This document shows positions 9,062 to 16,849 of a stretch of DNA of 18,144 nucleotides, piece after piece; positions within the stretch are counted from its first letter, which is position 1; every line of letters starts with the position of its first letter. Source of the stretch: a virus (lineage: Duplodnaviria > Heunggongvirae > Uroviricota > Caudoviricetes); the IMG/VR virus record IMGVR_UViG_3300029740_000003, positions 1 through 18,144 of that record. One strand, 5' to 3'. A model generated the notes under the pieces. That model searched no databases. It was not told the origin of the DNA and worked only from the letters and a program-made list of their open reading frames with translations. The translations under genes and the position numbers were made by a program.

Positions 9062-12000
9062 TTATTCGGCTTTATGGGCCGGTTTCTTCTTGTCCGGGTC
9101 GGATTCGGTTTCGGTCTCGGCATTGGATTGACCGTCGGAGGATTCTTCGGTCTGGCTTGCGGTCTTACGTTTGCCAAGCTTCTTGACGGCCATGGCCAAC
9201 AGTCCGCCGACTGCGGCGAGCACGATGATGACCAGTCCGATGATTCCGGTGTTCACGCCGGTCTGCGCGAGGTCGCTTACGCCAGCGGTTCCAGCGCCTC
9301 CGAACAGTTTCTTGGTGACGTGAACCTTGTAATCCTTGGACACGAGTCCATCTCCGGATGTGACGGTGAGTGTCGCATCGGCACCATTCTTGTTGATGGT
9401 GATGCTCATTCCCGAATCCTTGTCGTATTGGCCTACGACCGTCCACTTGTCGGGATTGTCCACAGCCACTTCGTAGGAGGTTTTGTTCGGGTCGAATCCG
9501 TTAATGAGCTTGCCGTCCACGGAGATGCCGGTGAGTTCCGCCTTGTGGGTGGCGGCGGTGATGTAGGTGACGGTGTAGTCATGTTGGGTGAACGTATTGC
9601 CGTCCGGAGAGAGCACGCTGACCGTATACGTGTAGGTCATGCCCTTGTGGGAACTGGACACTACGGCGCTTTGGCCAACCTTCGTCTCATAGGAGAAGGT
9701 GCCGCCTTCCGGAATGTCGAATTTGTCGGATGTGACGGGCACATACTTGCCGTCCTTGCCAACGTAACCGACGGATGCGAGGCTCGTGTCAGTCTGAGAG
9801 TCTGGTGTCTTGACCGGAGACTGTTCCACCGGCTCCTTCGGCTGGAATTCGGTGACGGCGGTTTTGACAGGACGGGTTACGGTCACACTGTAGGTGCGGC
9901 TTGCTCCCGTGGCGGTGTCGGTGACTGTCCATTCCTGTCGGTTGGATTGTGCGCTTTGGGTCACGTTTCCGGCTTTGACGGTTACTCCTGCCGGGGCTTC
10001 CGGTAGCAGGTAGGCGCTGGTGTTCGCGTCTTTCAATGCGACCACATAGTCGAGCCTGTTCGGATTCCAATTGTCGATGAGCGTGCCTTTTTCGGCTTTG
10101 CCGGTGAGATTCACGTAGATGCCGTTGAGTTTGGCGGGACTGTCCGGTTGGATGTCGGAGGTTTGGAAGTTGACTCGTACCGTGTAGTCCACGCCGTTCA
10201 CGTTGACTGTGATGATTCGGCTGGTGCCGTCAACACTCAGTTTCGGACGGGATACTTCCGCGTCGAGACCATGTTCGGCGGAGAGGGAGAAGGAGTCCTT
10301 CGCGTCGGAGGCGGGAAGGTCAACGACTTTCTGATGGTTCTCATCAAAGTCCGTCTTATTGATTTCGTAACTCTTGGACTTGCCGTCGGAGGAAGTCTGG
10401 GTGAGCGTCATCTTCGTGAAGTTCTTATCCTCGGGACGAACGTCTCGGGTTCCCACCGTGTAGGCTTGTTCAATCTTGTTGCCGTGTCCGTCATCGACGG
10501 TCACGGTTCCCTCTGCTGTTCCGGAGAGCACGACGATATTATGCTCGTTGTCGGCACCCACCATGGTCTTGGGAGTGGATTCCCATTTGACGGTGGCTTT
10601 GTCCTTGTTGGACAGTGTGACCTCATGGTAGGAAGGACTGTTGTCCTTGTCGGACAGGCCCGTTGCGGAATATCCGGCGTGATAGGAACCATCTTCGTAC
10701 TTGCTGAAAGGAGTCCCCTTATCGGTGCCATTGTTCAACGTGATTTCCTCGCCAATCGAATATTCGAATGGTACGGTGATGTCGAACTGCGGCAAGCCTT
10801 TATCCGGGTTCGCGTCGGCATGGTAGACGGCTGTGCCGGATACGATTGCTGTGCCGAGCTTATCGCCCGAAGTGATGTGTTGTTCCCTGAAGGTCGGTTC
10901 AATCGTAAACTTGGTGTTGTCGTCTTCGTTCAGTGAGCCGATGGTCACGGTGGTCGGACGGACGTTCACGGTCGGAGTGGTGAGGGACTGGTTACCACCC
11001 GCGTTCGGAAGATTTATGAGCGGAATCTGCTTATCTCCAACCTGCGCGTACCAAGTGTTGGTACGTGAATAATCTCCCAAGTTGACGGTCATATGCCAGA
11101 TTTTGGTTTGTTCGGTCTGAACGTCCGTGTACTCGTAGTTGCCTGTGGCGACGCCGGTTGCGGATGTCACGTGAGTGGCGTTGTCCACGCTGACGTTCCA
11201 TGCGATGTTCAGGCTTTTGCCGTTGGACAGTTTGACTGTCTTGACCTCATTGCCGTCCTTGTCAACGACCTTGCGGTCTTTGCTCACATGATAGGACTTG
11301 TTGGCGGGCACATTGGCTACGGCTTCCACGGTTCCGTCCGGGTTTTCTCCGGATACGGTGAACTGGGTGCCGTCGGCCAGAGTGATGTTCTCACCCGTGG
11401 AATATTTGAACGGGATGGAAACGTCGAACGCCGGATTGCCGTTCTTAGCGCCGACATGGTAGACGGCTGTGCCGGTCACGTCCACTTTGGCGAACGTGCC
11501 GTTGGCTGTGAGGCGTACGTCCTTCAGGTCGCCGTGGTTCAACGTGAACGTGTCGTCGGAGTCGTTCGTACGCACGGTGATACGTCCCGGAACCTTGTCG
11601 GACGGTTCGCTGGCCGTGTAGGATTGGTCGCCGGTTTCCGGATTGTTCGTGAACTGGAACGTCTTCCCTTCTACCTCACCGCTCCAAGTGTCGGTACGGG
11701 AGTAGGATTGGTTGACTTGAATCGTCCACTCGTATTCGGCTTTGGTTTCCGGGTCGATGGTCTTATACTTCTGGTTGACGGTTCCCACGACGGTGGTCAC
11801 ATGGGTTTTGGAGTCAGTGGTCTTAGACCATGTGATTGGCAGTTCTGTGCCGTCGGACAGTTTCAGGCTGGTGATTTCCCTGCCGTCCTTGCCGACGACC
11901 TTGCCCGCCTTGTTGACGGTGTAGTCCTTGTTCGCGTAGTCCAACACGGCGGTCCTGCCGTTCTGTCGGATGGTGAACGGGGTGCCGTCCTTCAAGGTGA

Positions 12001-13078
12001 CTTCCTTGCCGTAATCCTTCGTATAGTTCACGGTCGCGGCGAATTCGGGGAGGATTCCTCCTGCTTCCTTGGAGTATCCGGCTGTGCCGGTCTCGTGAAT
12101 CATGCCGAGTTTGCCCGCGCCGGTGGTGGCTCCCGGCGTGATGGTCGGATTGGTGAGGGTCACGTTGCTGCCGTTGCTGCCGGTAACTTCCAGTCGTTGA
12201 GGAATGGTGTTGCCGGTCATGGACGCGAGCTGTTTTCCATCCTCGTCGGATGTGGTGAATGGGATGTCGTTGCCCTCATAGTTAGTTGACCAGCTGGCGG
12301 TGTTGGATGCGGTCACGCTCGTGTGCGTGTTCCAACCGTAGGCGTCGATTCGGGTTCCGCTGTCCCAGTTGAAGTCCATGATTTCGACTCTGGCGGTCGC
12401 GGTTCCGGTTTTGGTGACGGTGTAGCCGTTCCTGTAATCGTATGTGGGTTTCGACCAGTCGATTGCGGCTGTGGTGCCGTCCGACAGGCGGACGGTGTTT
12501 TCGGACGGATTGCCGTCCTTGTCCAAGGTCACGCCGTTCAGTGTGGCGTTCGCGGTGTTGGTGTCGCCTTGCACGACGAACTTCGTCCCGTTCTTTAGGG
12601 TGACTTCCTTGCCGTAGGTTTCGTCCACGTTCACGGTCAGTGTGACCTTGCGGCTTACGGTGTCAGACTCATCGAATGTGCCATTGTAGGTGACGGTGCC
12701 GGTCAGATGGCTGACGCCGACTTTACTGTGGTCGATGTTGAGGGTCGGGGTTTCAGCAGACAATGCGATAGGCTTGTCCTCGCCGTCAAGCGTGGCGGTG
12801 GCGGCTTCCAACGGGTCGCCGTCGTACTTGTCGATGGTGGCCGTATAGTTGCCGTCGCCGTCCTTCTCGTAGGTGACGGTCTGCTTTCCGTAGGTGGTTT
12901 GGAGTTTACGGCTTGTCGTGGTGGTCTCGCCGCCGGAAGTGGATAGCGGGGTCGTCGTATTGGCGTCGTCAACGGCCAACGCCGTCACAGCTCCCGTTCC
13001 CATGGAGCCGACGGCCATCACGGCAGCAAGACCCACGCCACCGATTTTCTTGGCGGCATTGTTCCAATTGTCACTCAT
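9062..13078 (-). CDS. Sortase-anchored surface protein with four ~200-aa beta-rich repeats and C-terminal cadherin-like beta-sandwich domains
   Basis: Signal peptide ending AVTALA. Repeats marked by YGKEVTLKNGTKF / YGKEVTLKDGTPF / TGENITLADGTQF / IGEEITLNNG and by LSDGT..I.W. Cadherin-like motifs AKLNGIYVN..WNPNRLDYVV and AELTGISVDGKLINGFDPNKTSYEV. LAQTG, TM helix and charged tail. Confidence 0.85.
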   Translation of the reverse strand: MSDNWNNAAKKIGGVGLAAVMAVGSMGTGAVTALAVDDANTTTPLSTSGGETTTTSRKLQTTYGKQTVTYEKDGDGNYTATIDKYDGDPLEAATATLDGEDKPIALSAETPTLNIDHSKVGVSHLTGTVTYNGTFDESDTVSRKVTLTVNVDETYGKEVTLKNGTKFVVQGDTNTANATLNGVTLDKDGNPSENTVRLSDGTTAAIDWSKPTYDYRNGYTVTKTGTATARVEIMDFNWDSGTRIDAYGWNTHTSVTASNTASWSTNYEGNDIPFTTSDEDGKQLASMTGNTIPQRLEVTGSNGSNVTLTNPTITPGATTGAGKLGMIHETGTAGYSKEAGGILPEFAATVNYTKDYGKEVTLKDGTPFTIRQNGRTAVLDYANKDYTVNKAGKVVGKDGREITSLKLSDGTELPITWSKTTDSKTHVTTVVGTVNQKYKTIDPETKAEYEWTIQVNQSYSRTDTWSGEVEGKTFQFTNNPETGDQSYTASEPSDKVPGRITVRTNDSDDTFTLNHGDLKDVRLTANGTFAKVDVTGTAVYHVGAKNGNPAFDVSIPFKYSTGENITLADGTQFTVSGENPDGTVEAVANVPANKSYHVSKDRKVVDKDGNEVKTVKLSNGKSLNIAWNVSVDNATHVTSATGVATGNYEYTDVQTEQTKIWHMTVNLGDYSRTNTWYAQVGDKQIPLINLPNAGGNQSLTTPTVNVRPTTVTIGSLNEDDNTKFTIEPTFREQHITSGDKLGTAIVSGTAVYHADANPDKGLPQFDITVPFEYSIGEEITLNNGTDKGTPFSKYEDGSYHAGYSATGLSDKDNSPSYHEVTLSNKDKATVKWESTPKTMVGADNEHNIVVLSGTAEGTVTVDDGHGNKIEQAYTVGTRDVRPEDKNFTKMTLTQTSSDGKSKSYEINKTDFDENHQKVVDLPASDAKDSFSLSAEHGLDAEVSRPKLSVDGTSRIITVNVNGVDYTVRVNFQTSDIQPDSPAKLNGIYVNLTGKAEKGTLIDNWNPNRLDYVVALKDANTSAYLLPEAPAGVTVKAGNVTQSAQSNRQEWTVTDTATGASRTYSVTVTRPVKTAVTEFQPKEPVEQSPVKTPDSQTDTSLASVGYVGKDGKYVPVTSDKFDIPEGGTFSYETKVGQSAVVSSSHKGMTYTYTVSVLSPDGNTFTQHDYTVTYITAATHKAELTGISVDGKLINGFDPNKTSYEVAVDNPDKWTVVGQYDKDSGMSITINKNGADATLTVTSGDGLVSKDYKVHVTKKLFGGAGTAGVSDLAQTGVNTGIIGLVIIVLAAVGGLLAMAVKKLGKRKTASQTEESSDGQSNAETETESDPDKKKPAHKAE

Positions 13079-13181
13079 TCAATGTCCTATCCGAAATGTG
13101 AAACGTTTCCTTTGCGGATTTCGTCTACCACCTTAGCGGACATGTATGCCGTCAACCTCGTATAGGTGGGAAAATACCTTG

Positions 13182-13237
13182 AAAAAAATTTCAGGGTGGA
13201 CGGTATCCAGACTTTTGCCGGATTGTCCACCCCGAAA
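13182..13237 (-). terminator. Rho-independent terminator downstream of the 481-aa gene
   Basis: Minus strand TTTCGGGGTGGACAATCC...GGATACCGTCCACCCTGAAA followed by TTTTTTT, about 20 nt after the stop at 13256. Confidence 0.7.
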
Positions 13238-13255
13238 AAATCGTTTTGGGAAATG

Positions 13256-14701
13256 TCATGCCCTCTGGGGAAGGTTCGCTTTAAGCAGGGGTTCGGTGTC
13301 GGTGTGGTGTCCGCGCTTGTTGTACCAAGACACGACGCTCATGCCGCTGGCCTTGTCGCGTAGGGTAATGCCGTACTGTCCCTCATGCTTGCCGGTGCCG
13401 ACATGCACGGCTTGGGCGGGTACCGGATTGTTCTGGTGCGAATAGTTGAACATGCTACGGAATCCGTCGGCGTCGTTCGCCTCGTATCCGACACGGGAAC
13501 CGTATCCGTCGTAAAGGGTGTTGGTATGCTCTCCGCGAACCGCGAAGGACACTTCCTTGTCCTGATGGCGCATTTCGATGCTGTCCTGTGGAATGTTCAT
13601 GTTGCCGGTCTTACGGCGCATGAGCTTGGCGGCGCTTTCGCTGTCCACCGGATGATAGTAGTTGGATGCGGCTTTGTTTCGACGGTCTGCGACTTTCGAC
13701 TTGTAGTCCGCGTACTCCTTGTCGCTGCTGAACTCGCCACGGGCCTTCTCGACCTCGGTGCCTTTGTTGTTCATTTCGATGGTTCCCCAAGAGGTCACAT
13801 GGTCTCCACTGGTCTTATTGCGGTAGAACTCCTTGCGGAAGTGCAGGGCGTTCTGCGGATGGCCGTTCGCCTGTTTGCCGGTACCGGCGCTGATGGCGCA
13901 TTGCACGTCGTCCAGTCCTTCGGCTTGCATGGCGCGGGTCATTCGGGTCAAATCGTCGCCCGGAACGATAGCCATTGGGGAGCCACCCTCATTATGCGGG
14001 CGGGGGGCACGTTTCAGAAGACCGGTCTTCGAGTCTCGCTTCAAGGCTGGTGCGACGTGCGTCTTGCCTTCCTTGTCCATGTAGACGAACACTTCTGCGG
14101 AACGCGCGTCGGCATTGTTCAGACCAAGCTTATTCTCGTAGTAGTGGCGGGCTTTGACCTCCGCCTCCGCGAAGTCCTTCGGGTCGATGTGGTACACCTT
14201 CGCGTTCTCGCCTTCGAACGCGGCACGGTTGACCTGCTCGTTCGTTCGGGCGTTCAGGGTGTCGTACACCTTACCGTCCTTACGCCCCTCCAATTGTGCG
14301 GCACGACCGCCGAAACTGGTCTCGTCCAACGGCAGGTTCTCGCTGACCGGCTGGAACTTGTTTCCACGACACATGCTCAACGTGTGTTCCGGGGCCTCAC
14401 GGTCATGGTTGATGACTCCGAAGCAGGTGTTGCCGGTGGACGCAATGGCGAGCTGTTCGCCGTCCTCGGTGCCGGTGATATGCACTCGTTCGTGAACCTC
14501 ATGGTTTTTGAGCGTGCTGAAATTACGTCCGCTCGCGCCGACGTGCATCATCTCATAGCCGCTGGGCATTTGGGAGAGATTGTTCTTGTAGTACTTGCGC
14601 ACGTTGCCGCGACGGTCAACGTACTCATGCCAGCCGACAGTCAAACCCCATTCAGTCCACTGTCCGATGGGGTTTCGCGGCTGTGCCGGATTGTAGGCCA
14701 T
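13256..14701 (-). CDS. Hypothetical soluble protein (481 aa) with an N-terminal YNPAQPRNPIGQWT motif
   Basis: SD GAGGAAGGA before the ATG, GC-rich third codon positions, its own promoter-like -10 and terminator; no signal peptide or recognisable catalytic motif. Confidence 0.8.
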   Translation of the reverse strand: MAYNPAQPRNPIGQWTEWGLTVGWHEYVDRRGNVRKYYKNNLSQMPSGYEMMHVGASGRNFSTLKNHEVHERVHITGTEDGEQLAIASTGNTCFGVINHDREAPEHTLSMCRGNKFQPVSENLPLDETSFGGRAAQLEGRKDGKVYDTLNARTNEQVNRAAFEGENAKVYHIDPKDFAEAEVKARHYYENKLGLNNADARSAEVFVYMDKEGKTHVAPALKRDSKTGLLKRAPRPHNEGGSPMAIVPGDDLTRMTRAMQAEGLDDVQCAISAGTGKQANGHPQNALHFRKEFYRNKTSGDHVTSWGTIEMNNKGTEVEKARGEFSSDKEYADYKSKVADRRNKAASNYYHPVDSESAAKLMRRKTGNMNIPQDSIEMRHQDKEVSFAVRGEHTNTLYDGYGSRVGYEANDADGFRSMFNYSHQNNPVPAQAVHVGTGKHEGQYGITLRDKASGMSVVSWYNKRGHHTDTEPLLKANLPQRA

Positions 14702-14762
14702 GTCTTGTCCTTCCTCGACCTGATTCCTCCCCGAACGGGAGGTTTTTCCAACATCAGATTCC

Positions 14763-14768
14763 AGTCTA
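14763..14768 (-). promoter_or_regulatory. Putative -10 element (TAGACT) for the 481-aa gene
   Basis: TAGACTGGAAT about 60 nt upstream of the start, in the same context as the -10 elements at 223-228 and 16588-16593. A small leader hairpin CCTCCC-GTTCG-GGGAGG follows. Confidence 0.45.
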
Positions 14769-14805
14769 CAATCCTCAAGGTCTATAAAAGGCGAAAGAAG
14801 GTAAT

Positions 14806-15099
14806 CTACCGGTTTTTCTTACGCTTCGACTTCTTGGGAAAATGGTCGGAAACGTGGACGAACACGGTTTCAGCGAACACGCCCACATCCTTGGTGAGAA
14901 TCCTCAAACCCTTCCACAGCAATCGTCCCCACGTCTCCCCCAATATCCAGAAGCCTACTATCAGGCCGAAAAGGGACAGGATGGATTCACGAATGTCCAG
15001 TCTGCCATCTGCGGGAACGTCGAACGACATGTAGATGACGGTCGCAAACAGGATACTCGCCCCGAGCAGGGTCTTGCCCAATACGCTTTTCCAACTCAT
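14806..15099 (-). CDS. Small membrane protein (97 aa, two predicted TM segments, basic C-tail)
   Basis: Hydrophobic stretches LLGASILFATVIYMSF and ILSLFGLIVGFWILG; ATGA overlap with the upstream gene. Confidence 0.7.
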   Translation of the reverse strand: MSWKSVLGKTLLGASILFATVIYMSFDVPADGRLDIRESILSLFGLIVGFWILGETWGRLLWKGLRILTKDVGVFAETVFVHVSDHFPKKSKRKKNR

Positions 15100-16112
15100 T
15101 TCAACCTCCGGTCGTGTTCCTCCCAGCTCGCGTCCGCTGAATCCGCTATCGCTTCCAACATTTGGAACCCGTCCGGCACGGGGAACACGAGCAGTCTGAC
15201 CAAATGCCGTCCGCCATGGTTCAGATTCTTAGACCGGACGAACGCCACGCCCTTGCAATAGTTCGACGTGGTGCCATGCCATGCGCCGACGTTCGTTCCC
15301 GCTTTCAGAATCGCGTTCACGCTTTCTGCGGTATTGTCCGGGTCGGCCTGCGCCACGCCATACGGGTAGGCGATGCTGGCGATGACGATGTACTTGCCGT
15401 ACCCGCAGTAGGGTTGGCGTTTCCAACACTCCTCCGCGTAGGCGATGAGCTGTGAGCCGACCTTCTCACGCACGCCCAACGTGTTGCCCCTACCCCACGT
15501 GGTCGCCTTGCGTTGACCATGCTGGCGGGCTTTCAAATCCGAATCCGTGTAATTGCTGGTAATCCAGATTTTGTCCGGCACGCTGAACTTCACCTCATAG
15601 CCGTCACACCATGCGGGACGCTCCCCCACGGGAATGTTCCTCCACATGCCGACCACGCTCGACGCCAATCCGCCCGTAATCTGATACTGCGGGTTCTCGT
15701 CGGAAATCGGAATGATGAGAATGTCCAGCAGATAACAGCCGGAAGGCGCTTCGATGGGCGATTGCAGGTAGATGGTCGAATGCCGGTGCAGACTATCATC
15801 ATCGTCCCACAGGCGCACGTCGGAACCGGCGTCGATTATCGGCTTCACGGTTTCGGCGGCTCGTGCTGGGAACACGTTCCCGCCGTGGGGTGCCGACACC
15901 GTGACCACGGCCAGAAACCGTTCCACCTTCCACGCCTGTTTCATCGTTTTCAGATTCCGCCACTTGTCTTTCGCATACCGACGGATTCTCGCACGCCGTA
16001 AGGCACGCGTCTTTTCGGTCTGCACGGTGTCGGTGCCGCTCCACCATTCGACGGGGATGGTGATGGTCAGACGGTATCCGCCGCGTTTAACCGCTACGGT
16101 TTGACGAACCAT
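15096..16112 (-). CDS. Tandem two-domain RusA-like (Holliday junction resolvase fold) protein
   Basis: Two internally similar halves: ITIPVEWW...FPARAAETVKPIIDAGSDVRLWDDDDS...LDILIIPI and FSVPDKIWITSN...DPDNTAESVNAILKAGTNVGAWHG...VRLLVFPV. Both resemble the RusA DxDN..K...D......W.DD region. The start at 16112 has SD GGAGGAG; an alternative start is at 16130. Confidence 0.6.
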   Translation of the reverse strand: MVRQTVAVKRGGYRLTITIPVEWWSGTDTVQTEKTRALRRARIRRYAKDKWRNLKTMKQAWKVERFLAVVTVSAPHGGNVFPARAAETVKPIIDAGSDVRLWDDDDSLHRHSTIYLQSPIEAPSGCYLLDILIIPISDENPQYQITGGLASSVVGMWRNIPVGERPAWCDGYEVKFSVPDKIWITSNYTDSDLKARQHGQRKATTWGRGNTLGVREKVGSQLIAYAEECWKRQPYCGYGKYIVIASIAYPYGVAQADPDNTAESVNAILKAGTNVGAWHGTTSNYCKGVAFVRSKNLNHGGRHLVRLLVFPVPDGFQMLEAIADSADASWEEHDRRLK

Positions 16113-16279
16113 GACGCTCCTCCGAACCATGACGATTCTCCGAACGGACGGTGGCTGCCGGACTCATGCACGCCCAGACAGTGCTGGCACATGGTCTCCC
16201 CGTCGTATGGGGTTTTCCTGACGCCGCAGCGGACGCAACGGCTGGTTCCCTTGTCGGTCGGATGCAGTGTGAATCTCAT
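16094..16279 (-). CDS. Small zinc-ribbon-like protein (61 aa, CxxC-x12-CxxC)
   Basis: CVRC...CQHC; ATGA overlap with the upstream 91-aa gene and overlap with the start of the RusA-like gene. Confidence 0.6.
   Translation of the reverse strand: MRFTLHPTDKGTSRCVRCGVRKTPYDGETMCQHCLGVHESGSHRPFGESSWFGGASWFVKP
16105..16145. repeat. 18-bp tandem repeat (about 2.3 copies) duplicating the SD+ATG of the RusA-like gene
   Basis: CGAACCATGACGCTCCTC / CGAACCATGACGATTCTC / CGAAC. Confidence 0.7.
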
Positions 16280-16551
16280 TTTCGGCTCCCCATCTCCAAT
16301 GCGCTGATATCGGCTTTTAGAAGGTCGATGATGTCCTTACGGGTATGGTTGGTCTCGATTTTGCCGGAAACCCCGTGAAGGGCCTTTAAAGCGACGATAC
16401 GGTCATGTTCGGCAAGCCACTCATCGTAATCCTTTTCGTCTGCGGGAAGACCGGTCTGAACGTAGGCACCATCGCAATACCGGCCACGAACGGTCTCATC
16501 ATCAAGAGGCCGAACCGGCGAACCAGTCGGAAGCGCGATAGGCAAAAGCAT
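16276..16551 (-). CDS. Hypothetical protein (91 aa), actinobacteriophage-like
   Basis: First gene of the coupled operon. YDEWLAEHDRIVALKAL resembles a motif recalled from small actinophage proteins (not verified by search). Confidence 0.7.
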   Translation of the reverse strand: MLLPIALPTGSPVRPLDDETVRGRYCDGAYVQTGLPADEKDYDEWLAEHDRIVALKALHGVSGKIETNHTRKDIIDLLKADISALEMGSRK

Positions 16552-16560
16552 GTTTTCTCT

Positions 16561-16609
16561 TTTCCGCTAGCCAATGTGGACTAATCCAGTCTAACGGAAA
16601 CAACATTGG
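16561..16609 (-). promoter_or_regulatory. Putative promoter (TAGACT at 16588-16593) of the leftward operon, embedded in interleaved inverted repeats
   Basis: TTTCCGCTAG (16561-16570) / CTAACGGAAA (16591-16600) and CCAATGT (16571-16577) / ACATTGG (16603-16609). Confidence 0.45.
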
Positions 16610-16849
16610 AAGAATCTGAAAAGCACGGAAATACGACGAAGAGAAAAACCAGCGAAACGGGAGGGGCGGGCTTTTTCTTCTTTAGGGAACCCGGGGTAAA
16701 GGATTCTCGCTTGTTAACGGTTCACACGGTTTCAGATTTTATCCGGTTTTCTTAAGCAATGAGAAAAGCCAGTGAGCGGTAATCTAAGTTAAGGATTAAC
16801 CCGTCTCCATTCCCCGACATAGGGGGGTCACGTCTGTTGGCCTCTACCC

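Noticed and set aside
1019..13078. Classical sortase-dependent pilus operon
   Set aside because: There is no class C sortase gene or YPK-type major pilin in the window; both proteins look like stand-alone anchored adhesins.
4961..15034. Other long plus-strand ORFs (355, 297, 438, 262, 398 and 549 aa) and short alternative-frame minus ORFs
   Set aside because: All overlap well-supported minus-strand genes and have the composition expected of antisense or off-frame translations.
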